From NCBI GenBank assembly GCA_963829065.1, contig CAWHHK010000015.1, positions 90,310 through 154,309 on the forward strand: DNA of 64,000 bases, given 5' to 3'. The notes beneath the pieces were generated by a model. It saw only the letters and a program-made list of their open reading frames with translations. It was not told where the DNA came from and searched no databases. Each line of letters starts with the position of its first letter. The stretch's first letter is position 1. Source of the DNA: an uncultured Gammaproteobacteria bacterium. GTDB taxonomy: Bacteria > Pseudomonadota > Gammaproteobacteria > Pseudomonadales > Azotimanducaceae. The position numbers were made by a program, and so were the translations under genes. Below, in pieces: positions 32,937 through 43,504 of this stretch.

Positions 32937-33857
32937 TCAATTCGACGAACGCGGCGGAAAGCCGCCAGCGCGACTCACCATCGCGGGGAGTTCCTTGCCG
33001 AGCGCTTCGCCGAGCCAGTGCGACGTCTCGATCACCGAATCGAGTTCGCCGTCGTGTTCGATGCGCATCCGATCGAGCATGTAGATCAGGTCTTCGGTCG
33101 CGATATTGCCGGTGGCTTTCGGCGCGAACGGACAACCGCCGATACCGCCGATGCTCGAGTCGAGCGTCTCGACGCCGACCTGCAGCGCCGCGAACGCGTT
33201 CGCGATGCCGGTGTTGCGCGTGTTGTGAAAGTGCGCGCGCAGCGGCATCGATCCCAACTGCGCTCGCAACGCACCGAACAACTCGAGCACCTGCCCCGGC
33301 ACACCGACGCCGATCGTATCGGCGAGCGCGAGTTCGACGGGACCGGCGTCGGCCAGGCGCTTCGCGATGTCGAGCACGCGGGCGACGTCGACGTCGCCTT
33401 CGAACGGACAACCGAACGCGACCGCAATGGTCGCGGTCGCGCGCAGTCCGCGGCGCGCGGCGTCGCGCAGGATCTCGCAGCCGACGGCCACGCTCTCGTC
33501 GACGCTCTGACCCTGGTTGCGCGCGCCGAACGTGTCGCTCGCCGGGCACGACCATGCCGACTTCCTGCAAGCGTTGCGGTCGCGCGCGCCCGATCATAGC
33601 CGCGGCGATTCAGGATCAAGCCCGCGTACGTGACGTCGCCGCGCTGCGGCAGTCCCGCGCACACCGCTTCCGCGTCGGCCATCTGCGGCACGCGCGTCGG
33701 ATGCACGAAACTGGTGACTTCGATGCGGCGGAAGCCGGCCGCGAGCGCGCGATGAATCAGCGTCAGCTTGTCTTCCGTCGACAACATGACGGACTCGTTC
33801 TGCAGGCCGTCGCGCGGGCTGACTTCCATCACGGTGACGGACCGCGCCGAGCGCCAT
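32937..33857 (-). pseudogene. Hydroxymethylglutaryl-CoA lyase family (HMGL-like), frame disruptions near 33850 and 33500-33590
   Basis: ..[15 protein letters not shown].. in the frame of ORF 33086..34366. ..HFHNTRNTGIANAFAALQVGV..DSSIGGIGGCPFAP.. in ORF 32937..33491. The candidate ATG at 33857 is 4 nt after the glnS stop. Confidence 0.85.
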
Positions 33858-33861
33858 CGTC

Positions 33862-35551
33862 TCAGCCTCCAAAACCGTCGCGTAGCGCGACCGTGCGATT
33901 GAACACGCACCGATCGGCGTCGATGCGAATCGTCTTTGCAGAAATAGCCCTGCCGCTCGAATTGGAACCGCGGCGCGTCCGACTCGACGATCGCGCGCTC
34001 GACGAATCCCCGGCACACCGTCAGCGAACCGGGATTCAACGCCGTCGCGAAGTCGAGCTTTGCCGGATTCGGATCGACGAACAGCTGTTCGTACAAGCGG
34101 AACTCGGCCGGTACCGCGTTGCGCTGCGACACCCAGTGAATGACGCCCTTCGGCTTCAAGCCGCTGGTATCGGCGCCGCTCTTCGACTCCGGCACGTAGC
34201 TGCAGCGCAATTCGACGACCGCGCCGGCGGCATCCTCGACGACCTCGTCGCAGCGGATGATGAAGCCGTTGCGCAGCCGCACCATCCCGCCGGGGACCAA
34301 CCGTTTGTATTTCGGCGGCGGCACTTTCGCAAAGTCGTCGCGCTCGATGTAGAGCGTCGCGCCCAAACGTCAACTGCCGCACGCCCATGTCGGCCCGTTG
34401 GGGATGCCACGGCGCCGACAGCATCTCGTCTGCGTCGTCGGGATAGTTCGTGATCGTCACTTGCAGCGGGTCGATCACCGCCATGCCGCGCGGCGCGGTC
34501 GCCTCGAGATCGTGCCGAATGCAGAACTCGAGCAGACTCAGCTCGATGACGTTGTCCTGCTTCGTGACGCCGATACGGCCGCAGAAGTCGCGGATCGCCG
34601 CCGGCGTCACGCCGCGCCGGCGCAGGCCCGCGATCGTCGGCATGCGCGGATCGTCCCACCCGGCCACGTGCCCCTCGGTGACGAGCTGGTGCAGCAGGCG
34701 CTTGCTCATCACCGTGTATTCGAGCCCGAGCCGCGAGAATTCGATCTGCGGCGGATGAAAGTTGACGTTGATGTTGTCGAGCACCCAGTCGTACAGCGGC
34801 CGGTGATCTTCGAATTCGAGCGTGCACAACGAGTGCGTGATGCCTTCGAGCGCGTCGCAGATGCAATGCGTGTAGTCGTACGTCGGATAGATGCACCACG
34901 CGTCGCCGGTGCGCTGATGGCTGGTGTGGCGGATGCGGTACAGCACCGGGTCGCGCATGTTCACGTTCGGCGACGCCATGTCGATGCGCGCGCGCAGCAC
35001 GTGCGCGCCGTCGGGAAATTCGCCGGCGCGCATCCGCCGGAACAGATCGAGGTTCTCCGCAACGCTGCGATTGCGATACGGACTGTCGCGGCCGGGTTCG
35101 GTCAACGTGCCGCGCGTCGCGCGGATCTCTTCGGCACTGAGGCTGCAGACGAACGCCTTGCCGTCGCTGCACGAGTTGCACCGCGAAGTCGTAACAGCTG
35201 TTCGAAATAGTCGCTCGCATACGTCAGCCGGTCGCCCCAGTCGAATCCGAGCCAATGCACGTCGTGCTGGATCGACTCGACGTATTCCTCGTCTTCCTTC
35301 AGCGGATTCGTGTCGTCGAAGCGCAGATAGCAGACGCCGCCGAACTCCGCCGCGACGCCGAAGTTCAGACAGATGCTTTTCGCGTGGCCGATGTGCAGAT
35401 AGCCGTTCGGCTCCGGCGGGAAGCGCGTGATCACGCGACCCGTGACGATTCCGGCGTCGATATCGTGACGGATGCGAGAGCGAATGAAGTCGCTGTGCTC
35501 GCTGGACTTTTCGCTGGACTCTTTGCCGGATTTGGACGGATCGGCCGACAT
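33862..35551 (-). pseudogene. glnS: Glutaminyl-tRNA synthetase, at least 4 frame disruptions
   Basis: HIGH motif [16 protein letters not shown] in ORF 35102..35551. ..TVMSKRLL.. (KMSKS-type) is in the frame of ORF 33594..35852. ..[29 protein letters not shown].. is in ORF 33086..34366. The last ~20 codons are in a further frame, ending ..[14 protein letters not shown]-stop. Confidence 0.9.
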
Positions 35552-35710
35552 AACGGGCGTGGCTCATCGGTGAAACGCGCAGCATTGTAGCGGATTGCTC
35601 GCGCGCATTTGTCCCGCATCGCTCGGTCGACGCGGTCCATCGCGCACATCGCGGCGACTTTCGTCGCCGCATCATGGGTCGTTCAGCGAATCGTCTTCGA
35701 CGGAGCTGCC

Positions 35711-36338
35711 ATGGCGTTGGTGCTCGAATTGCACGAACGGCTCGACACGCTGACGCGCTATTGCAAGACCCTGCGCTCGCTCGGCGTCGAATCGCATGCA
35801 CTGTCCGTCGCGTGCGGTGCGGCGAACACCTGCGGTCTCGACGGGTATGCACTCGTTGTGCTCGTAGCGCACAGCGAAGCGCCGACGCCGGCGCTGCGGA
35901 GCCTTCTGGAACGCTGCGAATCGATGCCGGTACTCGCGCTCGTCAACGCAGTTCAGCATCGCGCGTCAGTTCGAGTGGTTCGACTGCGGCGTGCATGCGC
36001 TGATCGGTACGCCGGTCGCGTACGGGACACTCGCGCGACAGATTCGAGCCTTGCTGAGCTTGTCGCGGCCGCCGACTCCAACGCTGTGTCCGCGACCGAA
36101 CCTCACGCGGATCGAACGGCGCGTCCTCGAACTCCTCGCGTCACAACCGGGACAGCCGTTTTCGCGCGGCGCGATCCTCGGGCATATCTATGACGATCAT
36201 CGCGTCGTCTGCGAGCGAACCGTCGATGCGCACATCAAGAACCTGCGGCGAAAGTTGACCGCGGCGCCGGGCGGCGCCGTGGTCCGCGCTGTTTACGGAG
36301 AGGGTTACGTGTTCGAGTCGGAGACTCGAGTTATTTGA
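35711..36338 (+). pseudogene. OmpR-family winged-helix regulator with an atypical receiver domain (conserved acidic residues absent), one frame disruption near 35960
   Basis: The C-terminal DNA-binding domain ..LTRIERRVLELLASQPGQPFSRGAILGHIY....RTVDAHIKNLRRKL....VRAVYGEGYVF is in ORF 35991..36338. The N-terminal receiver-like part reads LVLELHERL where EDD is expected. It reads [10 protein letters not shown] where the phospho-accepting Asp is expected. Confidence 0.7.
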
Positions 36339-36741
36339 AGCGCTTGTAGGTCAGGTAGCAGAAGTAAGTCAGAAATCCGCAGCTCACCATACTGATGAGC
36401 AGAATTGATGCCTGGTCGAGATACATCGGTGACTTCGCAATCATGACGTACAGCGTGCCGACACCTGCCGCGGCGATGACCGCGCCGAGACTCGCGTAGA
36501 CGACCTTCGGCACGGCAAGCCGACCACGCGTATCCCAGTAGCCCGTCAGTGCGCCCGCCCAGCGAAACAGCAGTACCGTCAGGCCCAAGCAGATGGAATC
36601 GAACACCAGTAACTGCCCGTTGAACCTGTGCACGAGCATCCAGACACCCCATACGCTGACGGCGGCCATGCCCACGGCAATGACACCGCACACGTGGCCA
36701 ACCACGCTCGCAATGGCGGGCGGAACCTCGTCGTCGGTCAT
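36331..36741 (-). CDS. Four-TM membrane protein; candidate microcin immunity protein
   Basis: Intact 136-aa ORF. Its ATG overlaps the precursor stop (ATGA at 36738-36741). Four hydrophobic helices, and AT-richer than its surroundings. The function is inferred from position only. Confidence 0.6.
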   Translation of the reverse strand: MTDDEVPPAIASVVGHVCGVIAVGMAAVSVWGVWMLVHRFNGQLLVFDSICLGLTVLLFRWAGALTGYWDTRGRLAVPKVVYASLGAVIAAAGVGTLYVMIAKSPMYLDQASILLISMVSCGFLTYFCYLTYKRFK

Positions 36742-36989
36742 TGCAACGCCACTGTTCCGTGGCCGGATTGGTAGAGTCGGTTGCCGACCGTATCGCCGAG
36801 GGCAAGGGTCAACCCGCTATTCACCCCAGTGCCAAGGGCATACCCGAACCCGAACGCGACGGCGGACGCGCCCATGATGTTCCGCAACGCCAGTCCCGCT
36901 TCGATTCCGGTAATCGTGACCGGGCCGATCTTCAGCTCATCCAGTCCGCCGCTGACCTGAGCGATCTCTTCCTGAGATAGTGTCCGCAT
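36738..36989 (-). CDS. Class II (colicin V-type) microcin/bacteriocin precursor with a double-glycine leader
   Basis: 83-aa ORF with GAGGA 7 nt upstream of the ATG. The leader MRTLSQEEIAQVSGG parallels the CvaC leader MRTLTLNELDSVSGG. The 68-aa core is Gly/Ala-rich and Cys-free. It sits next to a C39-peptidase ABC exporter and an MFP. Confidence 0.8.
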   Translation of the reverse strand: MRTLSQEEIAQVSGGLDELKIGPVTITGIEAGLALRNIMGASAVAFGFGYALGTGVNSGLTLALGDTVGNRLYQSGHGTVALQ

Positions 36990-37116
36990 ATCGTAGTCCT
37001 CATGACTGTTGATGATTCGTAATCATTCGGGTCCTGAAACCCGATGTCGAAGCTACTCGATCGGGTTGTGCTTTGACATCATCCCACCAGCGAATTCATT
37101 GCCTTTTCACACTCTG

Positions 37117-38058
37117 TTACTCGCGTGATATCAAACTGACATCACCGTGATGGCGCGGTGATCTCATCACCAACTCGTGGATCCACAACCAGTGCGCCCA
37201 CTGGGCGGGGTATCGCCGGATCTGTTGCTCCGCCAACGACCACAGCCGCTGCGTGATCGCGACGACCCGCGCCCTGCGCGCGTCGACCGACTCCCACCGC
37301 GTCGATCTCGCCGACACCACCGGCATCGCCTCGACGCACGACGCACCCGAGGCGTCGTAGTGCGTAAAGATCGGCATGATGTCGGCGCCGCCCAGCACCG
37401 CGAGTTCGGCCGGTCCACAGACGACGTTCGCGCACTCGTCGAACAACTCGACGGGAACGGCACGTCCAAACCGCGGTGGTAAGTCGTAGAGCACGACGAC
37501 GATCGCGCCGCGTCTGAGTTCTCGCACCGCGACGGCCGCGGCACGATCTTCAGTGCGCAATACCGTCAACGCGAGACCCGCCGCGATGCGCGCAAATGCG
37601 CGCTCCTCGCGATCGCTCCATTGATTGCGGCGCACGACGAACACGGGCTTACCGGCCGCGCGCGACAACGCGCAGCTGCCGCAGCCCCTCGAGATAGTCA
37701 CCCAGGTGAATCGTCGCGACGACGATTCCGCGCGGACACGCCGCCAGGTACGCGCCGACATCCTCCGCGTCCGCGAACGAGCCACGTCCGCCGTTGGCGC
37801 CGACGTGCGTCCAACTGCGACTCTCCAAGTGCCTATAGAAAAACCAGTCATAGAGCAGCCGTCTTGCAGAGGCAGCCGTCTCTCCCAACAGTTCTTCGAA
37901 GGCGTAGCGTAGCGACCCGTATTCGCCGGCAGCAGCATTCGCGCGAGCCCTCGCGCCAGCAGCAGCCGACCGCGCAGCGCCGGATCGAGCGGCGCGACAC
38001 AGTTGAGCGCGGCGACGGCGGAGAAGTACTTGGCGGTCGAACGTTCCTCGCGTGACAT
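37117..38058 (-). pseudogene. LpxL/HtrB-type lipid A biosynthesis acyltransferase family (LPLAT superfamily) protein, two frame disruptions
   Basis: ATG at 38058 with GAGG 7 nt upstream. Fragments: ..GIVVATIHLGDYLEG.. (ORF 37649..37888), ..LRRGAIVVVLYDLPP...VELFDECANVVCGPAELAVLGGADIMPIF.., and the C-terminal ..YPAQWAHWLW.. (ORF 37117..38622). This pattern is recalled from PF03279-type acyltransferases. Confidence 0.65.
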
Positions 38059-38073
38059 GGAGTTACCTCGACG

Positions 38074-39345
38074 ATGAAGCCAACGGATGGCAAAGGCTCG
38101 CAAGTGACGTTGTTTCGCGACGCCGCGGTTGCATTTCATTCCGCTGCCCGTTTGGGCTCGCCGCGGATGACGCACAACCTGTCGACCACCGCCATGACGT
38201 TGTTGCTGACGGCCATCGTCGTCGCCTTCGGCGGCTTCATCGCGTGCGGTCATTACGCGCGCAAGGAAACCGTCGACGGTTTTCTCGAGCCTGACCGCGG
38301 CGTGATCCGCGTGTTTCCGCAACGCGGTGGCGTCATCAGCGACGTTCGCGTCGCGCCCGGCCAAAGTGTTGCGCGCGACGACGTCCTGTTCGAGGTCGCG
38401 GATCTGCAATCGCTGGCGGATGGGTCGGACGCGGACCGTGAGTTGTTGATCCGCTACGACAACGATCGTGGCGCGCTCGTCGCGATGCGCGAACGCGAAA
38501 TGAGCCGCTTCGACGTCGAACGCATGGCCCTCGACGCGCAGCGGGTCACCCTCGAGCAACAGGTCGTCGCACTCGAACAACTCGGCGTGGTCCAGTCCGA
38601 ACAAGTCGCGCTCGCTGACCAACAGCTCGACGCGCTGCGCACGCTGCGCGACCGCGGCGCATTGCCGACGCTCGAATGGCTGGCGCGGCTCGGCGCCTAT
38701 CTACAGGTGCGCGAGAAGCTCGCGACCACGCAGCAGATGCGCAAGCGCCTCGACGGCGAACTCGCATCGGTCACCGCGCGGCTGCGCGAGGCGCCACTCG
38801 AACACGCACAACGTCTCGCCGACGTCGATTCGCGCGCGTCCGCCGTGGCGCAGTCCGAAGTCGCGGTGCGGGCGCGGCGCAACTTCGACGTGCGTGCACC
38901 GGTCAACGGACGCGTCGTTACGGTGCTGCGCAGGGTCGGGGACCGAGCATCACCGCTCGACGTCGCGCTTACGATCATTCCGGCTGATTCGACGCTGATC
39001 GGCCGGCTGCTGATCCCGACGAGTGCAATCGGATTCATCACGCCGGGCCAGGAGGTGCGAATTCGCTTCGACGCATTTCCGTATCAACACTTCGGCGTGT
39101 TTCCCGGTGTGATCCGCGAAGTCGCGCGCGGCGTCTTGTTCAGCGGCGACGGACTGGGCCCGCTGCGCGTCACACGGCCCGCATATCCGGCGACCATTGC
39201 GTTGGGCGGTCAATCGATGGTTGCCGACGAGCGTGACGTTCCGCTGCAATCCGGCATGCTGTTCAGCGCGGACATCGTGCTCGAACAACGCACCATTCTC
39301 GAATGGCTGATCGAGCCGCTGCTCGCGCTGCGGGGACGCGCGTGA
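38074..39345 (+). CDS. HlyD-family membrane fusion protein, CvaA-like (bacteriocin/microcin export)
   Basis: Intact 423-aa ORF. Has an N-terminal TM anchor (LSTTAMTLLLTAIVVAFGGFIA), a lipoyl-like segment, a long coiled coil and a C-terminal beta-barrel region. Its stop overlaps the ABC gene start (GTGA). Confidence 0.85.
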   Translation: MKPTDGKGSQVTLFRDAAVAFHSAARLGSPRMTHNLSTTAMTLLLTAIVVAFGGFIACGHYARKETVDGFLEPDRGVIRVFPQRGGVISDVRVAPGQSVARDDVLFEVADLQSLADGSDADRELLIRYDNDRGALVAMREREMSRFDVERMALDAQRVTLEQQVVALEQLGVVQSEQVALADQQLDALRTLRDRGALPTLEWLARLGAYLQVREKLATTQQMRKRLDGELASVTARLREAPLEHAQRLADVDSRASAVAQSEVAVRARRNFDVRAPVNGRVVTVLRRVGDRASPLDVALTIIPADSTLIGRLLIPTSAIGFITPGQEVRIRFDAFPYQHFGVFPGVIREVARGVLFSGDGLGPLRVTRPAYPATIALGGQSMVADERDVPLQSGMLFSADIVLEQRTILEWLIEPLLALRGRA

Positions 39346-41611
39346 CGACGCAGTTGTCATCCACGCTCTTCCGGCGGCGCCTGCCGGTGCTGTTGCAGAC
39401 CGAGGCCTCCGAGTGCGGCCTCGTGTGCCTCGCGATGGTCGCGCGGTATCACGGCGGCCACAGTGACGTGCGTTCGCTGCGCGCAACACACGGCGCGTCG
39501 GTGCGCGGGTGGTCACTGCAACGGCTGATAGCGGTAAGCGAAGCGACCGGATTGAGCGCGCGGCCGCTGCGCGTCGACCTCGACGAACTCAAGCACCTCG
39601 CGTGCCCTGCGATCCTGCATTGGGATTTCGATCACTTCGTCGTGCTGAAACGCATCGGCGCGCGGTATGCAACGGTCCACAATCCAGCCGTCGGCGAGCG
39701 CCGCTATCCGCTGCACGAGTTTTCGCGCCATTTCACCGGCGTCGCGCTGGAACTGACACCAACGCCCGCGTTCGAACGCTCGGCGCGCGCGGCGGGTCTG
39801 AGCCTGATGACGTTCTGGCGCGGCATCGGCGCTCGCCCCATTGTGCAGTTGCTGGTGCTGTCGACGCTGATCCAGTTGTTCGCACTCGCGACGCCGTCGT
39901 ACATGCAACTCGTCGTCGACGACGTGCTCGTGAAACAGGACGTCGACGTGCTCGCCATTCTCGCGCTCGGCTTTCTGATGCTCGCGCTGATCAACGTCGC
40001 GACCAAAACGCGTGCGCGCCTTCGCGAGCCTGCATCTGGCGAACCAACTGAGCTATTCGATCGGCGTCAGACTCTTCTCGCATCTGATCCGCCTGCCGCT
40101 CGACTACTTCCAGCGGCGCCACATCGGCGACATCGTGTCGCGGTTCGGCTCGCTGAAGCCGATTCAGGAGTTCATCGGCGGAGGCGTCGTCGCAGCCGTC
40201 ATCGACGGCGGCATGGCGGCGACGACCCTGGTGGTGCTGTTCGTGTACTCGCCGCTGCTCGCCGGCATCGCGCTGGCGGCATTCGCCGTGTACGCAGCGC
40301 TGCGCTTACTGCTATTTCAACCGCTGCGACGGCGCAGCCACGAAGGCATCGTCGCCGCCGCGCGGCTCGATTCGCACTTTCTCGAAACGATTCGCGCGCT
40401 GCAGGGAATCAAGCTATTCGGCAGGGAAGCCGAGCGCGAACGGGCGTGGCAGGATCTGTTCGTTGCGACAGTCAATGCGGGCACGCGCGTCGCGCGGCTG
40501 AACCTCGGCTATGAGGCGGCGAACGGCACACTGCTCGGTATCGAAAACGTGCTGCTGGTTTTCGTCGGCGCGCACGAGGTGCTGTCGGGCGCGCTGACGA
40601 TCGGCATGTTGTACGCCTTCATCGCATATCGAACGCATTTCGCAAGCGCAATGAATTCGTTGATCACTCAGATCGTGCAATTCCTGATGCTGCGGCTGCA
40701 TCTCGAGCGGATCGCCGACATCGCGTTGACGGAACCGGAGCACCGTGCAACGGCCGCGTCGACGTTCGTTGCGCCGGTGCGCGGCGCGCTGACGCTCGAG
40801 CGCCTGTGTTTTGCGTATCCAGGCGACGCCGGCGCGCTGCTCGAGAACCTCGACTTGTGCATCGAGCCGGGCCAGCACGTCGCGATCGTCGGTCCGTCCG
40901 GCGTCGGCAAATCGACGCTGCTGCGGCTGCTGCTCGGGCTTGCTCGCACCGACCTCCGGTCGCGTCGCGATCGACGGCGTGCCGATCGAGCGGCTCGGCC
41001 TGAAGTCGTATCGCGCGGGGATCGCCGCGGTGCTGCAGGACGACGTGCTGCTGTCGGGATCGATCGCCGACAACGTCAGCTTCTTCGATCTGGCACCGAA
41101 CGCGCAGACGATCGAACGCGCGACGCGCCTCGCGCAGATCTACGACGACATCAAAGGCTTGCCGATGGGCTTCGACAGCCGCATCGGCGACATGGGTTCG
41201 GCGTTGTCGGCGGGTCAACAGCAGCGTCTGCTGCTGGCGCGCGCGTTGTACCGGGTGCTGCATCCCGCCAACGAACCGGCGCTGCTGTTTCTCGACGAAG
41301 GCACCAGCCACCTCGATCTCGCGAGCGAGCTTGCGATCATGACGTCGATTGCAGCGCTCGGCGTGACGTGCGTGTACACGACGCACCGCGACAGCGTCGC
41401 CGCGCTCGCCGATGTCGTGCTGGTGCTCGGTAACGCGGATTGGGAGGTGAGACCGCGGTCGACGCGAGCGCATTTCAGCGCCCGGCTAGCGCTTCGTCAC
41501 CTGCCGCATCAGCCCTTCCTGCGACGCCGACGCCACCAGCCGGCCGTTCACATCGAAGAACTCCGCGTGATTCATGCCGCGCGCGCCGCGACGCGCTGCT
41601 GGTGCGTTTGA
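39342..41611 (+). pseudogene. Peptidase C39 domain-containing ABC transporter (PCAT, CvaB-like), frame disruptions near 40010 and 40930; 3' end uncertain
   Basis: C39 domain with catalytic Cys (LLQTEASECGLVCLAMVARYHG) and His (HFVVLKRI) in ORF 39303..40514. TMD and Walker A GPSGVGKSTLL are in ORF 40012..41433. LSAGQQQR, the Walker B LLFLDEGTSHLD and the H-loop are in ORF 40811..41611. The last ~120 nt overlap tesB, so the true stop may be near 41448. Confidence 0.85.
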
Positions 41612-42357
41612 CGACGAGCAGCCAGTCGTCGATCGCAGAAATCGCGATGAAACCACAGTGCGTGATCGAGGCTCGCCATCTGGATTTCGTCGCGCGTCAC
41701 GGCGCTCGCGTGCGGCAGCACCGCGGTCGACACCATGCCCATATCCGACGCATACGCGAGCAGACAGAACCGCAGTGCCGCGTCGGCGCCGGCGAGCGGC
41801 GCGCGAAAACGGATCCAGACCGGATTCCAGAACCGCTCTCCCGGCGCGCGCGGCCGATCCAGCGGAAATACCGAGCGCGTTTCGAACGGCCGCAGGCGCT
41901 GCGCCCACGGATGGATGCGCGGATTCGTGTGCGCTTCGCGCCGCGCGCGCGTCACGTCGTCTTCGAGCGACTCCGGCCGCGGCACGTTCGGCATCGCGAT
42001 TTCGTGGCACAGCCCGGGCTCGTCGATCTGGAACGACACGTCCATGTTGAAGATCGCATCGCCGTTCTGTACCGCGACGACACGGCGCGTCGTGAAGCTC
42101 GTGCCGTCGCGGATACGTTCGACCTCGTACAACACCGGCCGAGTCGGTTCGCCGGCGTGCATGAAGTAGCCGTGCAGCGAGTGCGGCAGCCGCGCATCGA
42201 CGGTGTTGGCCGCCGCGCGCAGCGCCTGCGCGAGCACCTGGCCGCCGAACAGGCGTCCGTCGCGATGTTCGTTGGCGCCGCGAAACATGTTCAGCTCGAT
42301 CGTCTCGAGTTCCAGTATCTGCAGCAGATGCAGCGCTGCTGCCGGGGTCCGCGGCAT
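41486..42357 (-). pseudogene. tesB: Acyl-CoA thioesterase II (double hot-dog), one frame disruption near 41620
   Basis: ORF 41572..42357 contains LHLLQILELETIELNMFRG.....GRLFGGQVLAQAL..SLHGYFMHAGE...LLAYASDM. The C-terminal ~40 aa (..NGRLVASASQEGLMRQ) are in ORF 41486..42394. Confidence 0.85.
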
Positions 42358-42503
42358 CGCCTACGCTTGCACCGTCGCGCTCCGTCTTCTGCATGGCCGT
42401 TTTGCCTCAGCTCGCGCGGATCACGATGCGGATGCGCCATCGAGAAGTCCAGCTTACGATGGCCTCGACGCTCGATCGCTCGCCTGAAAAGGAGTCCATC
42501 ACC

Positions 42504-43290
42504 ATGCGATCGCCGTTCGCCGTCGTGCTCCCGCGCACGCTGCTGCTCGCCACGCTGTTCGTTACGTTGGCCCCGCAGCAGGCCGTTGCCTGCGGCGATC
42601 GATCCGATCGAGACCTCCGTCGCGGCAAGCGGTCGCACCGCTCGCAGATCACGAGCGCGATACGCGCGATCATCCGGTCGAGGTGTTGCGCTTTTTCGGC
42701 GTCGCGCCCGGCATGACGATCGTCGATATGTTCGCGAGCGCCGGGTACTGGAGCGAGTTGCTCGGCCCCATCGTCGGCGCCACCGGCAAGGTCTACCTGT
42801 ACAACAACGCGGCGTATCTAGGGTTTCGCGGCGACACGTTGAAAGAGCGCATCGCCAGCGGGCGCCTCGTCAACGTCGTCCCGCTCACCGCCGAAGTCGG
42901 TCACCTCGGCATCAAGCCGCCTCGGTCGACATGGTGTTGATGGTGATGAGCTATCACGATCTGTACTTCAAGTCGGACGACTGGGCCGTCACGCCGGAGG
43001 CGTTGTTTGCGGACATCAACGCGATGCTGAAGCCGGGCGGCATTCTCGCGATCGTCGATCACGTTGCTGCGGCCGGCAGTGGTTCGACCGCTGCGCAGAA
43101 ACTGCATCGCATCGACGAATCGTTCGCGCGCACCGACATCGAATCGCGCGGATTCAAATTCACCGGCAGCCTCGACGTACTGCGAAACCCCGCCGACGAC
43201 CACACGAAGACCGTGTTTGATCCCGCGATTCGGGGCCATACCGACAAATTCATCGCTCGATTCGTCAAGGTCCCGGCAACATCCCCTTGA
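42504..43290 (+). pseudogene. Secreted class I SAM-dependent methyltransferase, frame disruptions near 42600-42690 and 42930
   Basis: AGGAG upstream of the ATG. Signal peptide MRSPFAVVLPRTLLLATLFVTLAP. ..MTIVDMFASAGYWSE.. is in ORF 42683..42940. ..MLKPGGILAIVDH.. is in the frame ending at 43290. Confidence 0.65.
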
Positions 43291-43467
43291 ACTGGTCGTT
43301 CAGCGGTGTAGACTTCGCGCCTCAACCGCCGACATGAACCCGCAACCGCGGTGTTTTGTCTTGAACCGGAGGCATACACATGCAGCTCATCGACATCGGT
43401 AATTACACGCGCAGGTGAGCTGCTCGAGCTGATCCGAGTTCCGCAAGAACCTCCAGGACCAACGCAA

Positions 43468-43504
43468 AGCCCGCTCACCGTTTGGCGAGCGGGCTTGTTT
43501 TTTT
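43468..43504 (+). terminator. Rho-independent terminator
   Basis: 9-bp GC-rich stem agcccgctc / gagcgggct with a 10-nt loop, followed by tgttttttt. Confidence 0.75.
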
